Assembly: GCA_051942245.1 (NCBI GenBank)
Contig: JAVECL010000053.1
Location: 1-64,000, forward strand
Source: Trypethelium eluteriae
Taxonomy: Eukaryota
Direction: 5' to 3'
DNA length: 64,000 nt
Shown: piece after piece, positions 35,272 through 45,500 of the stretch
Layout: every line of letters starts with the position of its first letter
How positions within the stretch are numbered: position 1 is the stretch's first letter
Program-made: the position numbers and the translations under genes
The notes under the pieces: model-generated
Told to the model about the DNA's origin: nothing
Seen by the model: only the letters and a program-made list of their open reading frames with translations
The model's database searches: none

Positions 35272-35807
35272 ATGCAGTTCTCAATTACTGTCCTTCTCTC
35301 TTTCATCCCCGCTTTTATTGGCGCGTCGTCAGCAACGACCTTCCCCCTTAGCGAGTGGAAGGAATATCACTGTCTTACCCTTGATAAATATCTAACAGAG
35401 GTTCCTCCATGCTCTGTCAACTGTCTCCGACTAGGGCTCGATGGCTATCGGTAATCCCTCTTAGTACGTTGGCCCTTTGCCGTTAATATTCACATTCATC
35501 CAGTGATGGCTGTGCTCCCGACGACTTTGTCTGCCATTGTGCCCACACCCAGGCAATCGACGATGTAAGACAAGATGCATATGAGCATACCCCGAGCAAA
35601 GTGCTGATATGTATACAGCTTCTCGTTCCCTGCATCACGGGTGCCAATTCTCCCAATGCGACGTGTACCGACGCAGATATTGGCCAGCTTCAGAGCGTCG
35701 TCACAAACCTCTGCGCCTTCTATAATGCCACACAGTACGTAGATTATGTTGGTTGTAGCCCTGAGATCACCCTTGAAATAGCACAAGACAAGCTTGGCAA
35801 TTTTTGA
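35272..35807 (+). CDS. Small secreted CFEM-domain protein (about 142 aa)
   Basis: Signal peptide. Introns 35451-35503 and 35565-35618 join PPCSVNC...DGCAPDDFVCHC...VPC...TC...NLC, the 8-Cys CFEM pattern. Confidence 0.85.
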
Positions 35808-36243
35808 ACGTGTATTGCCTAAAAGTCTCACGATCAAAAGGAGATCAAAGGAATGGGAACAATGCTTCATCATTTCAAGGGTACTGGAGCCAAAGGAAGA
35901 AGATGGAATACTGTATATAGCGCTCATTTTCTCACACTAATATTAGATGATGCATTTCTCACTGGAAGGCGCTGCAAGGGGTTCGAAGTGTCTTCGATTC
36001 ATGAAGTCCAAGGTCACTGGATTCAATCCATAGCAGTGACAGTGGCAAAGGTTGCATTACCCTCGTTTCCATCATGGCCACTTTCCTCGTCACTACGACC
36101 AAGATAGCTGACCCACGGCTCGGTTGTTCGGCGCTGACAGTGCAGAAACCAGAACTACAAACCAGATCCGTGGCACCCTCGCCTTCGAGTCTGGAAAGTC
36201 CAACGATAAGGCTGGCAAGCAGATCCAGTAAGCGTATCCTCCT

Positions 36244-36888
36244 TTGCCCCTAACCTCTCACCAGACGTTCACAACCAATCCACTCTTGTCAACAAACCGG
36301 GCCTCCTGTTGCAATCCAAATTTAATCGACGCTCCTACGCCCCCGACGACTCCCAGCGGTGCAACAAATCCCACGACAGCTTCTCCCCCGTCACAAAAGA
36401 AGTGCACCCCCACATCCTCATCGGGCGCCTCCACCCGCCCCAACTCCTTCACCCGCGTTCACATCACCGAAGTAGCGGCCCATTTTCCCCCTTCCCATTA
36501 TCTCTCCCCGCAGCAACCTCACCCACCCCACCGAAGCCGGCTCCACCCCTGGACCCACGCTCGCACCTTTCATCGTCACGGACTCGGTTGTCTCGCCCGT
36601 CGAGCCCGCGCGCGTGGCGAACGAGACCGCGGGGTGCAACGGCTCGGTCGCGTCTTCGGACATCGGGCGCGGGTGCGGCGTCCGGCGCCGGAGCTGCGAG
36701 TGGGGGCGACGAAGACGTTGGCGGTGCAGGCACCAGTGCCGCTGAGGGATGAGCGGAAGGGGCTGTTGGCAGATGTGGTGGAGGTGAGTGCGGGTATTGC
36801 GAGGTTGGCGCGGGATGGGGATATTCCGGACGAGAAAGGGGAACTGAGTAGAGTGGAGAAGAAATGTGGGACGCTGAACGCTGATTAG
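36244..36888 (+). CDS. Possible hypothetical protein; 5' structure uncertain, may have an upstream exon
   Basis: 214-aa open frame with the C-rich then G-rich 3' composition seen in real genes here. A GTAAGC donor at about 36228 suggests an upstream exon. No recognisable domain. Confidence 0.35.
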   Translation: MPLTSHQTFTTNPLLSTNRASCCNPNLIDAPTPPTTPSGATNPTTASPPSQKKCTPTSSSGASTRPNSFTRVHITEVAAHFPPSHYLSPQQPHPPHRSRLHPWTHARTFHRHGLGCLARRARARGERDRGVQRLGRVFGHRARVRRPAPELRVGATKTLAVQAPVPLRDERKGLLADVVEVSAGIARLARDGDIPDEKGELSRVEKKCGTLNAD

Positions 36889-37295
36889 GAGAGAGGAAGG
36901 GAGTAGGAATGGGCGAGCGGAGGTAAGGGCAGGGAATGTGGAACCATAGATGTGCTAAGTCTCAGGGGCAGTCTCTTCTGTTGTAGAGGATTCAAAATTC
37001 CCAGTGCGGGTTGCACTGTAGGGTGGATGCGCTCAGCACATTGTAGCTGCACTCGAGATTATGGCTTTTTCGTGAAGAGATCAATAAATCAGAAATCACT
37101 CCAAAGTAGAAATCACAAACCTTTTCATAAACGGTGAACAATTATCACAGAAGTCCGATAATACCTCGTTTAAGGATTGTGCTTCGTTGATGGAGAAATC
37201 TCCTTCGGTGTAGTAGCGATTGCAAAAAGAAGCACGCTATTCAAGGTCTAGACATTCGGTGATGATCTTCGGAGGAATGTTAGGGCAAAAGAAGG

Positions 37296-37302
37296 AAAAA
37301 AA
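37296..37302 (-). terminator. RNA polymerase III terminator (T7) of the tRNA-Leu gene
   Basis: Run of 7 T on the minus strand about 10 nt downstream of the discriminator base. Confidence 0.8.
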
Positions 37303-37312
37303 TGAAGGATAT

Positions 37313-37479
37313 TGACAAGGGTGGGATTCGAACCCACGAGGTACAACCACTGAGAGGTGAGATGAATTACACATCAAGATGATTCCGTCTTGAGCTCAGC
37401 GCCTTTCCGTATATTAGTTCAAAAGTTTCTTATAATATAAGTCTTTCATCTCGTACCTTAACCGCTCGGCCACCTTGTC
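37313..37479 (-). tRNA. tRNA-Leu(CAA): tRNA-Leu(CAA) interrupted by two introns: a 54-nt GT-AG intron in the D-arm (37456-37403) and a 33-nt canonical 37/38 intron (37388-37356)
   Basis: Acceptor stem GACAAGG/CCTTGTC+A. D-stem GCC/GGC forms after removing 37456-37403. Anticodon stem CTGAG/CTCAG with CT-CAA-G (anticodon 37392-37390). Class II variable arm GGT-TGT-ACC. T-arm GTGGG-TTCGAAT-CCCAC. Mature length 80 nt. Confidence 0.93.
37403..37456 (-). other. Spliceosomal-type (U2) intron inside the tRNA D-arm
   Basis: GTACGAGATGAAAGACTTATATTATAAGAAACTTTTGAACTAATATACGGAAAG: GTACGA donor, ACTAAT branch (A at 37414) and AAG acceptor, in exon context AAG|...|G. Confidence 0.8.
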
Positions 37480-37956
37480 GACGCATTTTGGGCAGCACGT
37501 TGTTTTGGCAAAATATAAAAAATATGATATCTACTTTTCGTGTCTTTCAATTTAGGTTCGCCTCTTTTCCCCACTTAAAGATGTCTCATGAGCCCGTGAC
37601 ACCGAGATTGGGTACATAAGGTACTTCATTTGCACATTTTCTACGAAGTAGTTTATTTGAAACTGAATGGCTGGAATGGCTCTCCTTTGAAAATTGTATA
37701 CTCTCACCTAATGCAATCTTGATGAGATGAGATACAGAATATCGCACGTAGAGATCCGAAATATAATTGAGTATGACATACAGAAGTATACAATTCAATT
37801 AACGTTAAATCTAATTTGTTAAATATTAAGCCTTGTTAGCTAGATACAAATATCATCCAGATAATTATGCTATTTAATTCGTATGTATATATGCAGCTTT
37901 GTGTATTCCTTATTCTGCGCAGCTATGCTTCCAATCCCTGAGGTGTGTGAGTTGAG

Positions 37957-37992
37957 AGTCACGTGTATTTAAAGTCACGTGATAAGTCACGT
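37957..37992. promoter_or_regulatory. Three tandem AGTCACGT E-box/CDEI-like motifs
   Basis: AGTCACGT at 37957, 37973 and 37985; the first two read GTCACGTG. Confidence 0.35.
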
Positions 37993-39213
37993 AATTGTAT
38001 GCGCATGGACCTCTGAGCGGCTGTATATTGGCGGCGCTACTCGCATGTCGGCACCAGGTTGCTCAGCTCCAGATACTCGTCCATCTTCACGCTCTGCTTT
38101 CATTCACTGCTGGATCCTTGACACCCTGATCGCACGGTGGGTTTGTTGAACACATGTGCCCCATGCGTCCACCAATATCGCATGAGCCTGCTCTCACTGC
38201 CGACGGGCCCTTCCAGGACGGTTTGATAGCTATTCCTCAATACCCTCTCTACGCTGGCTATTAGATACTCCGCTCTTATGTAAAAATAGGTTTGCTTGGA
38301 AGCTCCCAGCTTCTTTCAATCTTTCCTTCTCCTCGCGATATAAAGTGTTGTCGAAATCACTTTGCTCCATTCTTAGGAGATCGAGATGTGCTTGTTGGAA
38401 TTTGGTTGCCGACTTTAGAATGTTAGGTAGATTTAATATCTTATTACCATGCAAATAGTGTTTCACTTTCTCTTTCAATAATTGGCTGAGCAGTTCTGAG
38501 TCATTGAGGACTAATTTTCAGAAGAATTCACACTCTGTAGCGTAGAGCAAATCGGTAATGAGTGGCATCGGGCGCCATCAGCTTTTCATTCCACCCCCGC
38601 CACCGCCCCGCCGAATATCAAGCTAATATACCGCATTCTTCAGCAGATCTCCATTCTCCAACTTCCGGTCTTGTCAGTACACATACGCATAAACATCCTA
38701 TCCGACAATATCCTAAAGAGTGAAATTGTGTGCGGATCCGATGTCCACGCTTACAAGTGGCCATGGCTAACAGACTAGGACGTTTTGAGTATTGATGACT
38801 GGTATGCCCATGCATGTTTTCAACTTCTTTTGTGCTCTGTCCTACGAAACTACTGGATAATGATGTCAAGGCAGCATATGATACATTTCATCTCGGTTGA
38901 ACCTCATTTTCATGAGGTGGCTATCTGGACCTTAGATTGATTTCATCCCTCAGCAAATTGCATAAATCCAAGGGGCATATCCCAATCCTATTCCCGGTCT
39001 TCGAAAAGCCGCCGATTCCCACTCACATCTGTTCCACCTGAATGAAAAACCTAAAAATAATTGCTATAACTATCGGCAGGTTTGGAACTTGGCCTGACAA
39101 GATGTCCCCAAACATGAACGTACGAAAGGTGAAGCAGGTGAAGCCGCACACTGATCCTCCCAGTCCGGAATCCCAGGATGGAAAGTCCGGCGTGAGGTAG
39201 CCTTCAACATGAT

Positions 39214-39588
39214 TCAACTTCCCAAGATTCCAGCATTCTTCAATGCACGAACCGCGTCGGCTGCCCATTCTTGGCATGCTCTGAGCGGTTCCCTCGGATT
39301 AATGCGTTTCATTCCGCCGAATTGTTTCTTTGGTGGCTCTACTGCGTTGACAATTGACTCGATTTGATGAAAATTGGCGTTTGAGACGGTACCAAGGTAT
39401 TCTTCAGACACGAAAAGGGGTGACTCCTTTGGGTTTCGGGAGGGTCTGTGACCAAATCTCATACCTTCTCTGATGCTTCCGACAACGTGGAACAAGTATC
39501 CGGAATGATCATCATCTGTTTCGACGAATATGGCGTGATGGTCCTCTCGTACACTGAGAGATGAAGCCAGATAAGCCTTATAAGGCAT
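39214..39588 (-). CDS. Small fungal hypothetical protein (124 aa), DUF6540-like
   Basis: ATG 39588. HHAIFVE...G..FHVVG....GM...PPKKQF...PLRACQEW...L...GIL is a recurring pattern in fungal hypothetical proteins (recognised from memory, not searched). Confidence 0.75.
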   Translation of the reverse strand: MPYKAYLASSLSVREDHHAIFVETDDDHSGYLFHVVGSIREGMRFGHRPSRNPKESPLFVSEEYLGTVSNANFHQIESIVNAVEPPKKQFGGMKRINPREPLRACQEWAADAVRALKNAGILGS

Positions 39589-40330
39589 AATAGAGGCACG
39601 ACAACGATTTTTCTTTACACTTGGAAGGAGTTGACTGGAGCAAGATTGCAGAAATGGATGTGAACCCCGTACTATATGTACCATTGAGCGAAGCACGATG
39701 ATGCTTGTTGTATCGTTGAATAGATTGGTGAGAATGGTATGCTGGATTTCTTTCGTTTGCACTGAGGTCTAGGATTTTTGTAGACCATGTCGGCTCTAGA
39801 AGCTGCTTTGAAGCGCTCCCCAGAGACACAAAGAAGACAGACCAAACAATGGGACAAGCTAGGAGCCATCTGGAAGCCCAACTAAAGGACACAAAGGGCG
39901 AGACGTGATTGCGAATCATTATCTTCTTGATGTCTTTCTGTGCGTTTCTTGCTCGCGCCTGGCTTGCATGGCTTCAAAAAAGCGGTTTGAGGCATTGACG
40001 AAAACGGCCGCAGAAGCGATGCATGACGACAAAGCAAGGCTGGACATATCACCGAAAGCGGATAGGACAGAAAGCGATAAAGCAAAAGTCGAATAAAGAC
40101 CAAATTGCAAAAAAAGTTGCATATACGTTTTCCGCATCCGTGATGTTGTCGATGGCTTTGTCGTTAAGTCGATAAAAGCTGGCTTGCAGTAAAGACAGCG
40201 CATAAAATCAACAGCGGTGATCTTATCACCAGACTCAGACAAACATCAGGCACACGGATCGTTGCATAAAGACGTGACACCGATTCACCTTCCTTGTCAT
40301 TCTTCTTCTCTATTACGCACAGCGCACAGG

Positions 40331-41248
40331 ATGACGTCCTTCAATGTGCCATACCATGCCGAATCTGCAGCTCTGCCAGCAGCATTGCCAACGGTAGAAG
40401 AGATCCAATCTTCTCAAGATGTTATTCTCGGAGACGACTCTGTAAGAAAGAAAGTCGTCGGCATTGGAGATCATTTTGTCGTCAAGTACGGAGCTGCAGT
40501 TGACCCTCACGAGGCACGAACAATGCTCTTTCTACGACAGGCTACTTCCGTACCAGTACCAATCATCTATGCTATCTTTCAGATCAAGCACCCTAAGGCT
40601 GATCACGTACGTACAACCTATATCGTGATGGAGCGTATCCAAGGAGAGACGCTAGAGTCCAAATGGTCTTCGATGGATCAAGCCACAAAAGAAGTCGTCG
40701 TCTCGAAACTTCGGCCTGTCTTTGAAGAGATGCGGAAGCTGATTTCACCGGGAGGGTACTGCGCCATCGGTCACCGCGGCTTAACGGATGATTTCTTCTG
40801 GACGCAGGAGCCGGATGACCCGGATCATCCATTTGTCGGGCCGTTTGACACAGAATCCAGTCTCAACGATGCTATGGTGAGGACCTGCTTCAACACAAGC
40901 GCCCGAAAACATAGTGCCGACTTCTACTCTCGCGCCCTCGAAGCAGCCCTTCATGATCATCCACCTACATTCTCCCACGGAGATATCCAGAGAAAGAATA
41001 TCATGATCAGGAGCGTCGGAGGCTCTAGTTCACAAACAAAGCAGCCAGTTGAAGCTGAAATAGAGATCGTGCTCATAGATTGGGAGACTGCCGAGTGGTA
41101 TCCAAGCTACTGGGATTATGCAAAAGCGATGTATGCAGCGGCGCGACTGGACGATGATTGGAGATTTTGGCTTGAGAAGTTTTTGGAACCGTATTACAAT
41201 GGGTTCGCCTGGCAATACCTGTTGGGGATGCAATGTATGGGATGTTGA
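40331..41248 (+). CDS. Aminoglycoside-phosphotransferase (APH)/kinase-like protein
   Basis: FVVKYG, E...M.FL...TSVPVP, YIVMERIQG..L, Brenner-type HGDIQRKNIM and IDWETAEWYPSYW. Confidence 0.88.
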   Translation: MTSFNVPYHAESAALPAALPTVEEIQSSQDVILGDDSVRKKVVGIGDHFVVKYGAAVDPHEARTMLFLRQATSVPVPIIYAIFQIKHPKADHVRTTYIVMERIQGETLESKWSSMDQATKEVVVSKLRPVFEEMRKLISPGGYCAIGHRGLTDDFFWTQEPDDPDHPFVGPFDTESSLNDAMVRTCFNTSARKHSADFYSRALEAALHDHPPTFSHGDIQRKNIMIRSVGGSSSQTKQPVEAEIEIVLIDWETAEWYPSYWDYAKAMYAAARLDDDWRFWLEKFLEPYYNGFAWQYLLGMQCMGC

Positions 41249-42551
41249 TGTCGCAGTGAGCCAAAGGTTGTAGCGGCGCAATGGCGAAGAAAAAGCAGTG
41301 AATCGAGGGGAATAGAGAGATACTAATTTTATGAGAATCTGTAGAAGGGGTAGTCTAATACCTATTGAATCATTACCCACTAATGAAGTAGCGATCGAAT
41401 TCTGAATGTAGAGATAGAGACACACCGAGTGAGATTCACGCCATCGAATGGTGTGTCTCAGTCATGGGCTTAGCTTTATATCGCCGAGGCCAATGGGCTG
41501 ATTGACTTTGGTAACAGCTAGAAGATTCCACTTCATCAGCTTCAGTGATCATCAAGCCTAGATGAAACAATTAAATTCCTGCTCCGTCCGAAGCACAGTT
41601 TCACACACGCCTTGAATTGGTTCCGTGTCAATGTTTGGTGTCAAGCTTCCTACATATAGAAGTCGGAGCGTAAGTCGATCCTCCGAAAAGGTCTTAAGAT
41701 TGAGGAAGTCTAGATACCATTGTATTTATACCATCGTAGAGCAGAGCATGGGAATTGAGGGTAGTATTTGGTTCGGTGTAACTTACCTATTCAAAGAGGC
41801 TGTGATGGTCCATTTCTGTAGGAACGTGATGGGGACGAAGATGAGTTATTGAGTCTAGGTTCGTAAGGAACCGTAGGCGAGACTAGATAGCGGATGCGCT
41901 AATACAAATGTAGTAGTGACAACCACCAAAAGACCCAATGCCACTGCCTTTCAACAATTTCTACCCCCTGAGTAGGAACTACCTATTTATGCTCATTTTA
42001 GAAGACGACCAAGTTCTCTTTCTCCTCTTTGTATTTCACCAATGAGACAAGGAAAGAGAGACAGCTTCGGCGGATTGTTACTTATGGTGTCCACCAATTT
42101 TCAGTCTCCTGGACCTTAGATCTGGTCAGTGCACGCGTTGAAAGTTGCTGGCTGATGGCATCTACTTTGATCGCCTGGTCTGAAGTATTTAGGTTGTGAC
42201 TTTGCAGTCGCCGTCCGGCTAAATGTCATATCTTCTCCGTCTATCCGCCTCGATTCGTTGACAAATACGAGGCAACTCAACTCCGGGCACTGATATCGAA
42301 GAAAAGTGGAAATGCATGTCATATTTCGAAAAATGGTACTCTGTTAATTCGCTCAAATTCCCTTTCCGAGACCAAAGACCAATCTAGCCTCGAGGCTTGC
42401 ATACTGTATACCGTCTTCCATGATGTTTTCACACGCATCGAAATTGCTGCACATCTTCTAGACCTTGCCATTTCCCCCACCTACTCCACCACCTTCCCAA
42501 ACTCCAAGGACGAAAAGAGAGACGGAAGTCCGTCTTATCGCGCACCAGGGG

Positions 42552-45500
42552 CTAACGACCCCCTTCGCCCGCGACATCCCTCGCCCGCTCCCTCACACTA
42601 CTCATCGCCAACCCCACCGGCGTGGGCACCCCCCCGTTCCCAAACGGCGCAACCCTCCCATCCGAGCCCGACTGTGACGACGGCACCCCGACATCAAACC
42701 CCTGCGCCTCCACCTTCGGCGTGCCGACCCGGGTCGGCGCCGCGCTATTCACCTGGCTCCGGTTGTGGCTCATGTGCGCCTTGACGAGGTGGCCGGCCGC
42801 GAGGGCGCTGCAGAGGGAGAGCTCGCCGGCGAGGACGCCCGCGCCGATGACGCGCGCCAGCTGCTGTGCGTTGGCGCCCGGAGAGGACTGGTGCGCGCCG
42901 CGCACGCCGAGCAGGTCCAGCATGGCGGATTGCGGCTCGAGGATGGTGCCGCCGCCGATGGTGCCGACTTCGAGGCAGGGGAGGGAGACGGCGATTTGGA
43001 GGCTGCCGCCGAGGCTGTGGAGAGGTGCGGTTAGTTGGGGAACTAGTGGAAAGGAGAAGAAGCTGGTAGGTAGGGGGGAAGGAAGGAAGGAAAGCCGGGG
43101 TTGGAATTGGGGTGAAGGGAATGAGAACTCACTTCTTCATGGTCACGATGCAGTTGCTGCTTTCAACGACTTGGGCGGGGTCCTGACCCGTGGCAAGGAA
43201 GATGGCGGCAACGATGTTGGCGGCGTGGGCGTTGAAGCCGCCGATGCTGCCGGCCATGGCGCTGCCGATGAGGTTCTTGCTGGTGTTGAGTTCGACTAGG
43301 GCGTCAACGCTGCTCTTGAGGACCGACCGCACGACGTCGCCAGGGATGATGGCTTCGGCAACGACACTCTTTCCACGACCGTCAATCCAGTTAATGGCGG
43401 CCGGTTTCTTGTCCGTGCAGTAGTTCCCACTCAAAGAGATGATCTGCATATCTGGGAATCCCGCATCGTTTGCCATGACGTCGAGGGCGTGCTCAACACC
43501 CTTGCTGATCATGTTCATTCCCATGGCATCGCCGGTGATCGTCTTGAATCGAATGTAGAGATAAGTCCCCGCAAGCGCAGTCTTCATACTCTGCAACCGC
43601 GCGAACCGAGATGTAGAGTTGAAAGCGGATCGCATGACTTTTTGACCTTCGTCACTGTCAAGCCAAAGTTTAGCTGCTCCAGCACGAACAAGAGTAGCGA
43701 AGCCGATGCAGGGACCGCGCGTCATTCCGTCGGCGGTAATGACAGTGGTAGCGCCGCCACCAGCGTTGATTGCCTTACAGCCCCTCGATGTACTGGCGAC
43801 AAGCACACCCTCGGTCGTGGCCATGGGCAAGAAGTAATTGCGGCCATCAATAGTCAGAGGTCCTGCGACACCAACTGGAAGTGGCATATATCCAATCACA
43901 TTCTCACAGCAAGCACCAAATACACGTTCATAGTCAAAGTGTTTGTATGGTAATTTTGACTTTTCGAGTAGAGAGGATGTACTCAAAGTACCAGGAGTGC
44001 GAGAAATGACTCCCCGTCGGATTTTTACAGCACGTGTCTTGTCTTCGAGGGTCTTTTCGAGAGCATAGCCGGGAATTTTACCCCGTAGGGAAAGGCTTAT
44101 GAGCTCTGCGTCATTGAGTAAAGGTGCTTTCTTCGCCTTGAGCATGGTCTCGCATTCGGCCTGAGTCCGCTGCACTTGTTTCTTTGGCTCGACATCTTCA
44201 TCCTCGTCTTTCTCTTCCTCTTCGGGCTCTTCGGGCTCCAAGACTACAAAGTCATTTGGCGGTGGAGGAAGCTCCGATTGTCCAGTGGCTTGATCGGTAG
44301 CAGCCTCAGCGTTTGCCGCTGCTTCGGCGGGCTCAGGCTGTGTAGAGTCCTTTATGCTCCAACGTGCGGCGTTAAAGAGATAACCATTAAGTACAAGGCT
44401 CATTGCTAAAGCAGCGATGATCCATTTACTGAGAATCGGATCCTCAAGACTCTTCAAAATACCATCAACGACACGGCCGCCTACGCGGTCAAATATCTGA
44501 TCACTGGCGCCTTCGAACAGTTGGGATGAGAGGTCCTCAGTCAAGGAATGATGGACTGAAGGGTCTTGGAGCTCATATTTGATAGGCGTAAAGACCGTTA
44601 CAGTTGTCGGTGAGTGCGTTTTGTTAGCAGCAATGAAGATAGCATCCAGACCTGTTCCAGCAACTTTGAAGGGGTCCATCGAAGACAATGTAACGACATT
44701 AGAAAGACCCGAGGTCGTAGAGGGTGCATGGTGACGTCCTCGGAAAGGCAAAGTGATGGTATTCAAGAGGTTAATAATAATAAACCCAGAGACCATTATA
44801 ATCTTGAATTTTGGAACACTACTTTCCCTTATCTTCCGTCCAAAAATTGTGCCTCCACTGGTGGTGTTATCCGTATCGGCGGGCAGACTACCGGGCCAAT
44901 CCTCGCTGGAAGCGACAGATTCGGCAACTCTTCGACTGACACCATCTTCTTCCAATGCTTTCCGGAGGCTGACATGTCGTTTGATCCTATTAATCTCAAG
45001 CTTCACAGTCAAAATGGCGGTGTAAAAAGTAAAAAGTAGGACACAGTCGAAGAACAAGATCCATGCTGCCAGGAAACAGAACTGTCGCAAGCCGCCTTGA
45101 ACGCCTGAGGCAGCACCCGCGATGAGGATAACAATCTCGACAAAGTAGTCACGAACAATTTCGAATCCCCGCTCTTTCACCGCAGTCTGAACTGCGCCTG
45201 AAATGGTCATTGGGGTCATGTCGCCATTGCTGCTGCTTGGACTGCCATTAGCCTGTTCGACTGCGCGCTTCCTAGCAAGAGCAACGGTAAGGACGGCTTT
45301 CGTCAGGATAATTGGTTTCTCAAAGCCAATTGTGACGACCAGGAATGGAAGACCCTCGGAGAGGAGGACCATGTTGATGGGGACTCCAAGAGAGATGGTG
45401 ACCATGAGCGCAAAGAACAGAGCAAAAAATGAATGAAATAGGACGGTAGTCGCAAGCCAGAAATTGGAGCCCAAGCGGCGCATGGAAAGGAATAGAGAGA

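Noticed and set aside
35464..35503. Alternative GTACGT donor in the CFEM first intron (possible nested intron)
   Set aside because: It would leave an in-frame TAA and only a 40-nt intron; the GTAATC donor at 35451 explains the frame.
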